From: a virus
IMG/VR virus record: IMGVR_UViG_3300017971_000013
Location: 1 to 64,000 of that record
Direction: 5' to 3' (one strand)
DNA: 64,000 nucleotides
Below, in pieces: positions 1 through 11,160 of the stretch; the stretch's first letter is position 1, and each line of letters begins with the position of its first letter. The position numbers and the translations under genes are program-made. The notes beneath the pieces are model-generated. The model saw nothing but the letters and a program-made list of their open reading frames with translations, did not search any database and was not told where the DNA came from.

Positions 1-2
1 GA

Positions 3-686
3 GAAGGGGAGAATGATGCCCAATGGTCGAATTGGGCCGAGCCTTGTTTTGGCACCTACGTCGATTTCAAAATACCAACTATCGGCGCGATGGTCTGGGT
101 TATGTTTGAAATGGGTAACCCCCGCTTTCCTGTTTACATGGGGACAAATATTGCCACCTCAGATGTACCTGCTGCTGTAGTAGGAGATGACGATGGAACT
201 GGCGTGGACAAAGGCACTTACCCGCCCGGCGGAACTATACTCGGAAATAGAGTACCCGATGCCCAACGGAACGTTGCTTACCCTAATAACAATGTCTGGC
301 GTACACCGGACGGTATTCAAATTGAGGTGGATGACTCTGAAAATGCCAGAAGGATACAAATTTATCACCCCTCTGGTACTTTCGACGAAGTTTACGAAGA
401 TGGTTCCTCTTCAACATTGACATGTGGCAATGTTAGCGATTTCACTAAAGCCGATAGGATTGAATACACCTCTGAAAATAAGACGGTAGAAGTCGGACTT
501 GACAAAGAAGAGGTTGTTGGTAATAACAGCTCTTTTGCCGGTCCTGGTGGTGCGCTTTTAATGGGTATAGAGATGGATGGTCCGACACTCCGATTGACCA
601 TCAACGGTCTATTTGTTAGTATATCTGCGACTGGTACTCTTCTCCTGAACGGCCGAGTCGTACTTCCTTCAGGAGGACCTATCTAA
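3..686 (+). CDS. Baseplate hub/spike protein, gp5/VgrG OB-fold type (5' partial)
   Basis: Frame is open from the window start; WAEP..P.IG..VWVMFEMGNPRFPVYMG OB-fold motif, followed by a beta-repeat region. Confidence 0.8.
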   Translation, partial: EGENDAQWSNWAEPCFGTYVDFKIPTIGAMVWVMFEMGNPRFPVYMGTNIATSDVPAAVVGDDDGTGVDKGTYPPGGTILGNRVPDAQRNVAYPNNNVWRTPDGIQIEVDDSENARRIQIYHPSGTFDEVYEDGSSSTLTCGNVSDFTKADRIEYTSENKTVEVGLDKEEVVGNNSSFAGPGGALLMGIEMDGPTLRLTINGLFVSISATGTLLLNGRVVLPSGGPI

Positions 687-1411
687 TGGCTTTCACTTGT
701 TATGTTACTAGAATTAATGTCCCACCTACTTATGGCATTCTTAGATTCCCTAATGGAATCACGATAGTAGAAGACATAAGCCAGCATACCCCCGATTTAA
801 GGGTCGCTGACGAAATTTTGTTACAGCGATTCTTAAGCGCCATCCCTTTTATTCAGCCCGTCCAAGATTTTCTAGACTTATTCCAGGCCGTAATTGATAC
901 CTTTACAGGTATTCCAGATGCTATTGCAGGAGATCCCACTGATTTCTTGAATGCTTTGGCTACACTTACTACAGGTGTAGCAAGTATGGTAGGTGCGTGG
1001 GCACCTGCTGTCTGGGCGTATTTTATGTATCAAGATATAAGGCGGATGATTTTATCTACTTTATATTTATACAGAGAGCGTATCCAGGGTTTACAGGAGA
1101 CTACTGTAAAGGTTGAGGCAGCCATTGTTGATCCTTATGTAATAAGTGATCCTGCGTTAGAAGCTCAGCTCAATGACTCTTACTTGTGTTACTACGACTT
1201 GGCTTATAATACGGCGTATACAATGGGTGTAGGAGGTTTCCTTACGCCCATTATTGCGTTTATGAACGCATTGCCTACCGGCGTTGTAATGCCAGTTATT
1301 CCAGATTTTAGCGCACAAATCGGTGCCAGCGCGCAGCTTTCTATAGACTTAAGTGCCATAATAAGTATGTTGGATGTGTTAATTGCCGCCTTTGAGGCCC
1401 TACCTGCTTGA
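686..1411 (+). CDS. Hypothetical baseplate-associated protein
   Basis: 241 aa ORF coupled to neighbours in the baseplate operon. Confidence 0.55.
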   Translation: MAFTCYVTRINVPPTYGILRFPNGITIVEDISQHTPDLRVADEILLQRFLSAIPFIQPVQDFLDLFQAVIDTFTGIPDAIAGDPTDFLNALATLTTGVASMVGAWAPAVWAYFMYQDIRRMILSTLYLYRERIQGLQETTVKVEAAIVDPYVISDPALEAQLNDSYLCYYDLAYNTAYTMGVGGFLTPIIAFMNALPTGVVMPVIPDFSAQIGASAQLSIDLSAIISMLDVLIAAFEALPA

Positions 1412-1418
1412 GGTTGTT

Positions 1419-1841
1419 ATGTCAGATCTACCACTTAGAGGTGTGCGTGTTCCTTTTGCAGCAGCTGGAACCTCTGTGAATGCAGGAAGACTTGCGGCTG
1501 TCGAAAGCATAGATGTTATAGACCAAGATGTGCAAAGACTTGTAATGACTGCTTTAGGGAGCAGACCTAGAAGAGAATATTTTGGAACAAAGGTCCCAGA
1601 TCTCCCTTTTGAGAATCTTTTAGACGCACTTCCTCCTGATGTTTTGTTGTCTGTAGAAGAAGCTTTTCAGTTGTGGGAGAGCAGAATAAATCTGAAATCT
1701 TTAACGGCTAGACAAGCGCAGCAGCAAACAGAAGGTAAGATTGATTTGCACTTAGCCTACGGGTTGTCTTCGTTATTTTTACGCGAGATAAGACGTTATG
1801 AGACTGTGGTAACTTTGGGAGAACCTGATAATGTTTTCTAA
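1419..1841 (+). CDS. Baseplate wedge protein, gp25/gpW-like
   Basis: LVMTALGSRPRREYFGT...LWESRI motif; lies between gp5-like and gp6-like genes; ATG 1419 follows GAGG. Confidence 0.8.
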   Translation: MSDLPLRGVRVPFAAAGTSVNAGRLAAVESIDVIDQDVQRLVMTALGSRPRREYFGTKVPDLPFENLLDALPPDVLLSVEEAFQLWESRINLKSLTARQAQQQTEGKIDLHLAYGLSSLFLREIRRYETVVTLGEPDNVF

Positions 1842-3849
1842 TTTGCTAAAAGATTGGTACCGAGGAGACTCCCCTGTAAGAGCTTTTACAAGCTTAGATT
1901 TTCAACAACTGTTTCAGGACATAATTTCTTACGCACAAGAGAACTACCCACAAGAGGTATGGTCAAACTTTTCGCCCGCTAGTTTTGAGGTCATGTTTTC
2001 TGACCTTACTGCTTGGATGGGTGAATACATGCTTCACATGTTGGATGTCAGGGTTAGAGAGACTAACCCTCTTGATATGGTGGAGTATGATAACTTTTTG
2101 CGTTGGGCGCGGATGTTTTCTTTCTTCTTTTCTGGTCCTACACCAGCTAAAGGGGAATTAACACTGACTCTTGATCCAGCTGCTCTTCCGATAACTATAA
2201 ATAAACATCATGTCTTTTCTGCTAATGGTACTCCCTACGGCACGATAAATTTTTATCCTGACTACGCCGATCCTGGTTTAATTATTCCTTCAACGCCCTA
2301 TACAATTGATATTGTTGAAGGTGAGATGTCGCCACAAGCCGGTGAATTGTTAGGTGTGTCTGATGGTACCCCTTTTCAGGAATATCAACTACCTAGAGCA
2401 CCTGTGGTTTCAGCTTCTCTTGAGGTGTTTGTTGGTATTCAGAGATGGACACGAGAAGATAATCTTGGGAATTATACGTCGACATCACAGAATTATTCTG
2501 TGGCCGTTGATTTTCAGGGTAATTTAAGTATTAAATTTGGTGACGGTGTCTATGGTGCTATTCCACCTATCACAGAAAATGTTTTAGCCTTTTATGCGAC
2601 TAGCCTTGGTAGTGTTGGAAATACGGCGGCAGATACTATCACTGGTTTATCTAATGTACCTAATGGTGTCTTATCTTGTACAAACGCTGACGTGTCAGGT
2701 TCTAGACAAACTGGTCTCGATAGTGAATCTTTGATCGACGCTAAGAAGCGTCTGTCTTACTCTCTTGGCTCACAAGAGAGATTGATTACTGTTGAAGACT
2801 TTCGCTTGTTTGTTGAGGCTTATTTTGCTGGAAGTAAGGCGCGTTATTTTGCTGGTGCAGGCCCAAACGAGCCTCGACTTGTGGTCGCTCTCTATGGTTA
2901 CCCTCCTGCGCAACTTACTACTGGACAAAAGAACAATCTTCTGCGCGACATGGCCGATATTAAATACATCGGTGTCTATCCCTTCATAGAAGATGCTTTC
3001 ATTAGAGAGCTTGAATGGGACATTAATCTGTATGTACGAGACAACTTTCGCTCAGAAGATGTGAAGTCGTATGTAGAGGATAAGATTTTGAATCAACTGG
3101 ATACTGGTTGGTTTAATTTCCCATATCTTGAATTTGCTGGTCGTGATTCTGATGATCAACTAGTGTTCAGCCTTACTAATATGTATTCGAATTTTAAGAA
3201 TATGTATGATGCCGGGGTTGAGCGTGTGTTGTTTACAATCTTTCGACCCATCATCAAACATCGTTTTTATGGCGTAGACGAAACGAATAAAGCCCCTATC
3301 GTTTTGAATATTTTAGATGATAACGATATCGGGCGCAGACAATGGGTGATCGTGTTTACCGCTCCTCGTCGTTATACGTTCTTTAAACGAGATGTTGGTA
3401 GAGCTACTTATGTTGGAACAGATACTCTGTATGACAATTCGAAAAGCTGGGTTGGTTCTCTTGCTGGTTTGTCTCTGTATCCTAATGCGGAAATTGGCAT
3501 AGGGCCTTATACCATCGTTAGTAACACGGCTAACTCTGTGACTGTCTCTGCTGCAGACATTGCTACTTATGGTGAACTTCATGTGTGGGCTCGTCCCGAG
3601 ACTCCTTACTATATAGAAACTGAAGAAGCCACAGGCGTGGCATCTGATGGGGGGCCTTACACTAACCTGGATAACACCTTACAGATTGACTTTACCTATA
3701 TTCCTCCTCCTGCCCAGGAGTTTGATATAAACGATAGATTTGAAATCAACTCTTACAATGTTGTAGATGACATAGATCTTGAGAATGATGAGTTTCCTAC
3801 TCTTGATCTTACTAATGTGAATATTACAACTTTTGGCGGTATAGAATAA
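1831..3849 (+). CDS. Baseplate wedge protein, gp6/J-like
   Basis: FTSLDF, SDGTPFQ, IKFGDGVYGAIPP, ES...K, RLITVEDF motifs. Confidence 0.85.
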   Translation: MFSNLLKDWYRGDSPVRAFTSLDFQQLFQDIISYAQENYPQEVWSNFSPASFEVMFSDLTAWMGEYMLHMLDVRVRETNPLDMVEYDNFLRWARMFSFFFSGPTPAKGELTLTLDPAALPITINKHHVFSANGTPYGTINFYPDYADPGLIIPSTPYTIDIVEGEMSPQAGELLGVSDGTPFQEYQLPRAPVVSASLEVFVGIQRWTREDNLGNYTSTSQNYSVAVDFQGNLSIKFGDGVYGAIPPITENVLAFYATSLGSVGNTAADTITGLSNVPNGVLSCTNADVSGSRQTGLDSESLIDAKKRLSYSLGSQERLITVEDFRLFVEAYFAGSKARYFAGAGPNEPRLVVALYGYPPAQLTTGQKNNLLRDMADIKYIGVYPFIEDAFIRELEWDINLYVRDNFRSEDVKSYVEDKILNQLDTGWFNFPYLEFAGRDSDDQLVFSLTNMYSNFKNMYDAGVERVLFTIFRPIIKHRFYGVDETNKAPIVLNILDDNDIGRRQWVIVFTAPRRYTFFKRDVGRATYVGTDTLYDNSKSWVGSLAGLSLYPNAEIGIGPYTIVSNTANSVTVSAADIATYGELHVWARPETPYYIETEEATGVASDGGPYTNLDNTLQIDFTYIPPPAQEFDINDRFEINSYNVVDDIDLENDEFPTLDLTNVNITTFGGIE

Positions 3850-3874
3850 AAACTTTTAAAGATTTCGGCGCATT

Positions 3875-4570
3875 ATGCCGATAGTACATATAGGAGCTAT
3901 GATGCTGGCTGAGGTAATGAATGCTATTGTTGCGAATCCTGGGAAGGTGGTACCTGACGAACAGACTGTCCAAACTGTAGCTCAATGGCCGTTTGTTGTT
4001 GCTACCATTGTGTTTGGTAGCGTCATAGTTACCCTGTTTTGGTTGCTGTATAGACAAATGACTCGCACGTTGGATGAATTTAAAGCCCAGCGTAACGAAG
4101 ATCACAAAAACACACAGCTTGCCTTAGACGAACTAAGGCTCGGGGTAGTAAGTATGTCTAACAAACTCAACGAAAACTCGGAGGTTATAGGTGAGGTTGA
4201 AACATTCATAGAGGAAGCACAGCTCGTATTTAATCCAGAGACAGGGAGGCTTGCTCAGATCATCGACAAATGCGATGGCAATAAGAGCGAGCTTTGTATC
4301 ATGCATGAAGAGGTTAAGAAGCTCTACGAATGGCATGACGTGCGCGGTCAAGACGGCGTTCCCGTTTGGTATGTGAGGCAAAGCTTGGAATCTGCAATAC
4401 AAGAACTGAGCGGGGCTATAAAACAACTAAACACAAATACGATTTCTACTGCTAATTTACTGGGTCAGATACAAAGCGATTTAGGGAACTTCACTCGTAA
4501 CACAAAAGATGATATAGATGAGTTACGTACCGAAGTTAAGAACCTAAAAAGCACTTTAGGAAAGAAGTGA
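3875..4570 (+). CDS. Membrane-anchored coiled-coil protein
   Basis: Single TM segment (WPFVVATIVFGSVIVTLFWLL) followed by heptad-rich helices. Confidence 0.55.
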   Translation: MPIVHIGAMMLAEVMNAIVANPGKVVPDEQTVQTVAQWPFVVATIVFGSVIVTLFWLLYRQMTRTLDEFKAQRNEDHKNTQLALDELRLGVVSMSNKLNENSEVIGEVETFIEEAQLVFNPETGRLAQIIDKCDGNKSELCIMHEEVKKLYEWHDVRGQDGVPVWYVRQSLESAIQELSGAIKQLNTNTISTANLLGQIQSDLGNFTRNTKDDIDELRTEVKNLKSTLGKK

Positions 4571-4571
4571 A

Positions 4572-6671
4572 ATGGCAAATCGAGCACGCTCTGACTTGCG
4601 TGGTCGAGGTATCTTCCTTGAATTAGACTTAGACACCTTCCTTCAAAATCCACCCCCCGGATCCTTCCTAGAAATTCTAATCAAGAGAAGCACCTCGGCC
4701 ATCTCCCTTTTTCATGATGATTCTATCCCTATTATTTTTGGACCGGCGGATGTTGCAACGTTGCCCACTGACAATGTTATACATGACGAAGGTCTAGAAG
4801 AAGCTACCATCTATTATTATCGTGTGTGGCAGCGTTTTAATGATGGAATCATAGGGCCAGATGAAAATTGGGAATCTAACAAAGATTTAATAATCATTGG
4901 ACTTTCGCTAAAAAGATATAGAGATATTGTATATGAGCCTGACTACAAAGATATTCAGGCTCTTGTTACGTTTGGGCCTATTGTTGCTGGTAATGTGTAT
5001 GGCGTCACTGTTCATGGTGCTAATTACACCTATCTGGCCGCGCCTGGCGACACAGAATACGATGTCGTAGATAGTCTAATTCTTTCTTTAGCGGGCGTAC
5101 CAGACATAACGACACAGGATGATGGGGACTCATTTCAAATCTTTGTTGACATGGCTTATCCTAATCCCCGTATTCCTCTTGTCGTATCTGGTATTAACGA
5201 TACCTCTGTGGAATTAGGTTACTACTTTGCGCCGAAATGGTTTCGTGAATTCGTAGCAGACATAGGAAACTCATCCGTTACCCAACGAAAATTTATGGAC
5301 TATATAGGTAATGTGTATGGGTTTTATAGAAACTTAATAAATGTCTTTGGGACTTTCCAAGATAATCAGAAAATTCTCTGGCAGATCGCCTCTGATTTTC
5401 TTGTCTTTTACAGGTTTGATCCAGATAAAGAAGACTTATCCCTTCAAAGGCGCTTGATTAATGACTTGGTTTATCTGTTTCAGAGGAAAGGTAACTGCCG
5501 GACAATTATTCGCGCGGTTAAAATTGTAACCGGCTGGGATGGTTATTGTGAATCAGCAGGCGGTCCTGGTTACCATTCTAGGACGTTTCATACCTATGAC
5601 GGACAATCCTATATACATAAATTTCTTATACCAGGTTCTGCTTTTACTTTTGATGTGCTTGCTCCTGATATTACAGTCAACGGTACCGCTGCAGGTCCAG
5701 GTAACCAAGGCTTAACAGCTTATGCTGTTGGTAATTACTATGATTGGCCTTATAACACTGATTATGACTACTCTTTTTGTATAACTGCTTTTGGTGAATT
5801 TTTTGCCATCACAGATTTAGTTCAAGACACAGCGTTGTTCACAGATACTTTAAATTTTGATGGGGTGTTACCAACAGATAACATGTCTGATGAATTTTTA
5901 AACGGCGCTATGATTTCTAATACCCCGTTAGGTGGTAATCTTCATGATCTTGTGTTTCCTGCAGGTACGTTTATTGTTGGGCAGTTAGCTGGCCTTCAAT
6001 GTATGTTGAATGTCCTAGGTACTCCAGAAGGTCAGGTGTTGTGGAACACAGATGATACTATTCGTGTAGAGTCTGCAGATCCTGCTTTCACAGGCACTGT
6101 TTCACAAATAGGCTTTTCTGCTTTCTACACAAATACTGGTACGTGGGCGACAAGAGATCCTCATCTTGGCCTTACTATCTATCCTGGAAGACATGCGCTG
6201 TTGTTTGATACTAGGGATTTTACTCGGCGCGATACGCGTTTCGAGGAATTTTGGTATCTAATTAATAGGTCGATATTTGAACGGCCTCTGACTTCAACAG
6301 ATGCTATCTATTGGACACAGGGTTATGCAGAAGAATCGGGCCGCACAGATGGGTACTTTGGTACAACCGTAATCAAAGTGAACCCTGCTGATTTGGTTGT
6401 TGTTCCAGGTGCATATGATGATGGTACTTACTGGATAAATCCTAATAGAAATCAAGATATCTCTTACAGGATAGTAGGAACAGATGTGGTGGAGAATGGT
6501 TTTGTTGTTGATTTAGGTAATAAACCACCTATAGGAATCACGTCTAAAATAGACGAGCGTTTTTACATCTTCAACAAAGAGAATCATAGAAAAGATTCGG
6601 TTATCAGAAATTCACTTGATTCTTTCTATTCTAAATTTAGGCATAAAGTACTTATGTATCATGACGCATAA
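4572..6671 (+). CDS. Baseplate/tail protein with P2 gpI-like domain
   Basis: QRRLINDLVYLFQRKGN...VKIVTGWD motif; position after the J-like gene. Confidence 0.7.
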   Translation: MANRARSDLRGRGIFLELDLDTFLQNPPPGSFLEILIKRSTSAISLFHDDSIPIIFGPADVATLPTDNVIHDEGLEEATIYYYRVWQRFNDGIIGPDENWESNKDLIIIGLSLKRYRDIVYEPDYKDIQALVTFGPIVAGNVYGVTVHGANYTYLAAPGDTEYDVVDSLILSLAGVPDITTQDDGDSFQIFVDMAYPNPRIPLVVSGINDTSVELGYYFAPKWFREFVADIGNSSVTQRKFMDYIGNVYGFYRNLINVFGTFQDNQKILWQIASDFLVFYRFDPDKEDLSLQRRLINDLVYLFQRKGNCRTIIRAVKIVTGWDGYCESAGGPGYHSRTFHTYDGQSYIHKFLIPGSAFTFDVLAPDITVNGTAAGPGNQGLTAYAVGNYYDWPYNTDYDYSFCITAFGEFFAITDLVQDTALFTDTLNFDGVLPTDNMSDEFLNGAMISNTPLGGNLHDLVFPAGTFIVGQLAGLQCMLNVLGTPEGQVLWNTDDTIRVESADPAFTGTVSQIGFSAFYTNTGTWATRDPHLGLTIYPGRHALLFDTRDFTRRDTRFEEFWYLINRSIFERPLTSTDAIYWTQGYAEESGRTDGYFGTTVIKVNPADLVVVPGAYDDGTYWINPNRNQDISYRIVGTDVVENGFVVDLGNKPPIGITSKIDERFYIFNKENHRKDSVIRNSLDSFYSKFRHKVLMYHDA

Positions 6672-6680
6672 GAGGTAATC

Positions 6681-6914
6681 ATGTTTGGACAGGCCCTTAC
6701 CGCTGAATTTCATTCTGATGGAACTATCCACAACTTGAATTTTGTGGATATAGAAACCAGAGAATTGGCAAAACCTCTAACTTTCCCAGACAGATACATT
6801 GAAATAGAAAAATGGTCTTTTTCGCCCGGAAATAAGCCCTGCGCGCGGAACGTGGGTTGTACAGCCTTTTCGTATGACGAAGAAACTAAAACCCTTACTG
6901 TGATAGAGGATTAA
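6681..6914 (+). CDS. Hypothetical protein
   Basis: GAGG RBS; within the operon. Confidence 0.55.
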   Translation: MFGQALTAEFHSDGTIHNLNFVDIETRELAKPLTFPDRYIEIEKWSFSPGNKPCARNVGCTAFSYDEETKTLTVIED

Positions 6915-6916
6915 TA

Positions 6917-9900
6917 ATGGCTGAAACTCCTAAACTTCCCGTTGTCGTAATGGATACATACGACAAGACTCTTAATTATGCAGAGGTTACTTTTCAGCGC
7001 GGCCGAGATGTTGGCGACTGGGAACTGAATGAAGCACAGAAGAATATTAGAAATAAGTTGAATAAGGCGCTGAGCCTTACTGATACTAATGCTGTGTTCT
7101 TTCGTCCCGATGGTGCTGTAAATTCTCCGGTACTTGCCTCTGTCAATCCAAACGAATGTTTTGTAAATGCCGGTTGGTATTTGTTAGACGGCCAGCCTTA
7201 TTATCTTGAGGCAAACACGACAGTACCTCTTCCTGCTCCTCCTGGTGTCGCGCCAGACAGACTTGACTACATTTATCTGACGTTGACAGAGGACTCCTTT
7301 GCTAACACGGATGTTGAGCACCCGGAGATTGGAGAAACGGCTATAAGGAGAAAACTTGAAGTTACACCTGGTGTTTCTTCTGGTGTTCTTCCTCCTACTG
7401 GGTCTGGGGGCACGTACGAGGGTTCGACCAGAGACTTTGTTATTGGTGCTGTCATTCGTCCTGTTGGTGATCCTAATGTTACGCAGCCTCAATGTCTGAA
7501 TCTGACTAAAAAAGCTGAAACCAATAATGTCCAGCAACGTCTGGCACTAACTTACTTTTTTGGCATAGAAGGACGTGTGTACTGGGAAGATGGGCAGCTG
7601 TCTCTCAACCTTGCGCCAGCCGCTGGGGAAGATGTTGATTTTGGTATTCCAGGGCAAGTCTTCAATGCAGCCTTAGGTGGTGCACCGGCAATTCCTTTGT
7701 CACCTATTAACATTGCCGATGGGCAATGTTTGGTATGGAATAATCCTGAGCGTTATCAATTCGCAGGCGGTTCTTCTCTGTGGTTAGATTTAACTGCGGA
7801 GAATTTTAATTCTTATGAATTTACTGACGATGGTACAAATCAGAATCTTGATAGTAAATTCATATTGGCTGTAAGGCACGATGATGACCTTGTGTGGGTC
7901 CACAATCATGTTAGGCAGCTGAGCGGCACTGTGCTTAATCTCAGGGATACTAACCAATACAATCCTAGCTTGGCCAGGGTAGGCTCCGGTGCCTTTGCTA
8001 AAACCGCAGATGCGTCCGTTGGTTTTGGTTCAGCGCAGGTTGAGCTTTCTGTGTTGACTGGAACCGACCTCAGAATTTCTGCTGGAGTTCTAGGTAGGAA
8101 GAATAATATTTTATCAATACCAGCAGACATTGATATTGATGTTACTGTCACTCCAGGTATTAATTTTTCAGCCTCTGGAGCGTACTTTGATTCTAATGGT
8201 GATAACTACATTTGGCTGGATTCGACTGACCTAACAGCTACGGGCTTACAGATAGATAATACTTTTGTTGATCGTTCTGCGGCTGTACCGGCGCATCTGT
8301 TTGTTGGTTTTGTACACATAGGTCAGAATGTGGCAAATCCTTTGCTGGAAACTAATACTTTTGTGCGAAATCTTTTGCGCAAATTGAATGCTGACAATCC
8401 CGTGTTAACTGTCAACCCTAATACACTCGTAGGGCCACAGGATGTTGAATCAGACATTTATGGGGATTTCAATTCTCTAGGTGAAGCTCTTGCTTTTTGT
8501 GCATATGCAGGAGAGCAGCAGGCCTCTGGCGCCGGGTTCGAGGCAGGTTTTACTATCAAACTTTTGCCTGGAAGACATAGCCGCCCAGATGTTCTAACAG
8601 AGCCATATAGATTTCATGGGATTAGAAGACTGACCATTGAGGGCTCAGGTGGGAAAGAAGGAACGCAACTGGTTAATCCTTTATTTTCTGCTTCTAACTA
8701 TTGTAGTGGCGTTACATTTAGGGATATTGAATTTTATCATGATGGTGTTCAAGCGTATTCTATGTTTGAATTAGGCAATATGGATGACGCTACGGACACT
8801 GTTGGCACACCTTTGTTTTTCTATGATTGTAAATTCACAGGTGATGCGCTGAACACGTTGTCTATCTTTAATGCTGCATTTCAATTGACAGAACAATTAA
8901 TGCGCATTGAAGCTTATAGGTGTCATTTTAATACTTGTTTAGCTATTTTTACGCTGGCTGCAGGTACAGCTAGCAATCTGAAATTCCATGATTGTATCAT
9001 TACTGTAGGTGGCGTCACTGCTCCTTCACCTTTTGTTCTAGATGCCACACCAAATAGTGGTGCGCCCGACCTTTGTCAGAATGTGGAGTTTGTTCGAAAT
9101 ACAATTACTTTGATTGTTGCTGCAAACACGCCTGTTATTCAAGGGCGAAATGCTAAGAACTTCTTGTTTAAAGATAACAAGGTTGAATTTGCTGGAACTG
9201 GAAATAACACTGGTCCCATTGTTTCTTTTCTTGATACTGCTCCTTTGCTCAGGAGCGAGAACATTGTAATAGATAATAATTATATTATTACCCCTAATCC
9301 TAGTGTTCAACCTCCTCTGAACAGCAGTTTAATTACTATCAATATAAATGTTGGTGGTCTTCCTGACGCAAGCCTATCAACTGCCACAACACATGTTCAT
9401 GTGACTAATAATCATTTTTATCAAGGATCGAATGGTTACTACATTCCATTTGTTACTTTGGTTGGTTTAGATGATTTTTATGTTGCTAACAATAATATTG
9501 ATAAACGTGTAAATCAAAGCACGCTTTCTGCGCCCGGTCTAACGGCTAACATTGGCAGCTGTCAAAGAGGGGAATTTAAAGGTAATCGCTTTCGAGGCTT
9601 GTCAACAGCACCTTTCATTCCTTCTGGGTGCCAAGATATTGCTATTAAAGACACAGAATACACAAATCTCGCCCAATCTTATGAAACTGTTCAATTTGGT
9701 GTCGCAGCCGTTGTTGTCGCTATTTTTTGTGATGGTTTAACTATTGATAACTTTAGAGTTAATGATGCTGAATTAGGTAACGGTACTTTTGGTTTCTTGT
9801 TCTGCAACGATGTTCTTGTTAAGGATTCGTACTTTAGAAACGTTGGTGCGGCTGGCGGCGCTAATCCTATGTGTTCTATGGACACTTGTACCAATTTCAC

Positions 9901-11158
9901 CATTGATGGTTGGTACATGAATAATGCTACTCCTACAGGGGGCGGCTGTGTTTTATTTGGACTAAATACCACTTGCACAGATATTAAGATTAGAAATGTA
10001 ACTATAAATAACTCATCAGGGTTTGATTATGGTGTGAATGTTAATGCCCTTGGTTTAATGACAGATTTATTTTTTCAAAATATTAGATCTTTTGGAACTA
10101 ACTATGGTGCTTTTATGCGTTTTGTGGCACCGGCCGTAGGTATTCATGACAGAATTACTGTGGATTCTTGTTTTGTAGACAACGGTAACGTCGGTAGCGG
10201 TGCCATTGGTGCTGGTATTGTTGTGCAAGATGTTAATAATTTCACACTTACAAATAGCGATATTTTTAGTGATCATGCATGTCTTGTGTTGCACGGTACA
10301 GCTGTAGGAAGTCTACAGGATGCCGTTGTAAAAAATAATAGATTTAAAGGTGTGACTAATGCAGTTGCGACAAATAAAGCAGCTGTACGTGTTTATTCTG
10401 GTGTAGGTTTAACCTCTCAAACTTCCGTGTTTAATCAAGGTCCTGTTGGTGTAGTCATTGCCGGTAACACTATAGGTGGGGAAGCTAATGCTCCTATTGA
10501 TGGTGAAGGCATCATGCTTGCAGGCGTTCGTAATATTGTTGTTGAGAATAATAAAATAGGTCCAACTAATGGCGCTGGTATTTATTGTTCACACAATAAC
10601 GCTGACCCGAAGAGCTTATTAGTGGATAATCCTGAATATGGCGTGGCAGGTGCAGATGTTTGGACCAGAGATTTTGTAGTAAGAGGCAATCTCATTACAG
10701 AGGGTAATTTGGATGCAGACATAAATAACGCTGGCTTATTTGTTCGACATTGCGCCGCTGGTGATATTCATAATAACCATCTTGTTAACTGTACTGATAA
10801 TTCTATAATAGGCACAGCCCCAGATCCTACTGCTGGCCATATTCCCTTCTCTATGGTGATTTATTCGAAATCTGGTGATTCAGGATTACCAGCAGGTAAC
10901 CTTCTCACTAATGATGTTAAATTCATTGATGTGCAAGGCAATAGAGTTACTAATCAATCTGCCGTTTCTAACAATGGAGGAAGAGGTTGTATTTGGGTAG
11001 GTAATTTTACTGGTTTAAATGGAGGAGGAGACTCTTTGGCCTATATTCCTGATGCTGATAGCCAAGGTTGGGAGGGCGGCGGCAACAATGGTGATTCTAA
11101 TCCTTGTAGCTGGTGCACACCGGGAGATCACTCAAATATTTCTTCTTATAGAGGTTAA
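6917..11158 (+). CDS. Tail spike/fibre with right-handed beta-helix (putative depolymerase)
   Basis: N-terminal FQRGRDVGDWELNEAQ baseplate-anchor motif (DUF4815-like); long Asn/Ile/Gly parallel beta-helix repeats. Confidence 0.75.
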   Translation: MAETPKLPVVVMDTYDKTLNYAEVTFQRGRDVGDWELNEAQKNIRNKLNKALSLTDTNAVFFRPDGAVNSPVLASVNPNECFVNAGWYLLDGQPYYLEANTTVPLPAPPGVAPDRLDYIYLTLTEDSFANTDVEHPEIGETAIRRKLEVTPGVSSGVLPPTGSGGTYEGSTRDFVIGAVIRPVGDPNVTQPQCLNLTKKAETNNVQQRLALTYFFGIEGRVYWEDGQLSLNLAPAAGEDVDFGIPGQVFNAALGGAPAIPLSPINIADGQCLVWNNPERYQFAGGSSLWLDLTAENFNSYEFTDDGTNQNLDSKFILAVRHDDDLVWVHNHVRQLSGTVLNLRDTNQYNPSLARVGSGAFAKTADASVGFGSAQVELSVLTGTDLRISAGVLGRKNNILSIPADIDIDVTVTPGINFSASGAYFDSNGDNYIWLDSTDLTATGLQIDNTFVDRSAAVPAHLFVGFVHIGQNVANPLLETNTFVRNLLRKLNADNPVLTVNPNTLVGPQDVESDIYGDFNSLGEALAFCAYAGEQQASGAGFEAGFTIKLLPGRHSRPDVLTEPYRFHGIRRLTIEGSGGKEGTQLVNPLFSASNYCSGVTFRDIEFYHDGVQAYSMFELGNMDDATDTVGTPLFFYDCKFTGDALNTLSIFNAAFQLTEQLMRIEAYRCHFNTCLAIFTLAAGTASNLKFHDCIITVGGVTAPSPFVLDATPNSGAPDLCQNVEFVRNTITLIVAANTPVIQGRNAKNFLFKDNKVEFAGTGNNTGPIVSFLDTAPLLRSENIVIDNNYIITPNPSVQPPLNSSLITININVGGLPDASLSTATTHVHVTNNHFYQGSNGYYIPFVTLVGLDDFYVANNNIDKRVNQSTLSAPGLTANIGSCQRGEFKGNRFRGLSTAPFIPSGCQDIAIKDTEYTNLAQSYETVQFGVAAVVVAIFCDGLTIDNFRVNDAELGNGTFGFLFCNDVLVKDSYFRNVGAAGGANPMCSMDTCTNFTIDGWYMNNATPTGGGCVLFGLNTTCTDIKIRNVTINNSSGFDYGVNVNALGLMTDLFFQNIRSFGTNYGAFMRFVAPAVGIHDRITVDSCFVDNGNVGSGAIGAGIVVQDVNNFTLTNSDIFSDHACLVLHGTAVGSLQDAVVKNNRFKGVTNAVATNKAAVRVYSGVGLTSQTSVFNQGPVGVVIAGNTIGGEANAPIDGEGIMLAGVRNIVVENNKIGPTNGAGIYCSHNNADPKSLLVDNPEYGVAGADVWTRDFVVRGNLITEGNLDADINNAGLFVRHCAAGDIHNNHLVNCTDNSIIGTAPDPTAGHIPFSMVIYSKSGDSGLPAGNLLTNDVKFIDVQGNRVTNQSAVSNNGGRGCIWVGNFTGLNGGGDSLAYIPDADSQGWEGGGNNGDSNPCSWCTPGDHSNISSYRG

Positions 11159-11160
11159 TA

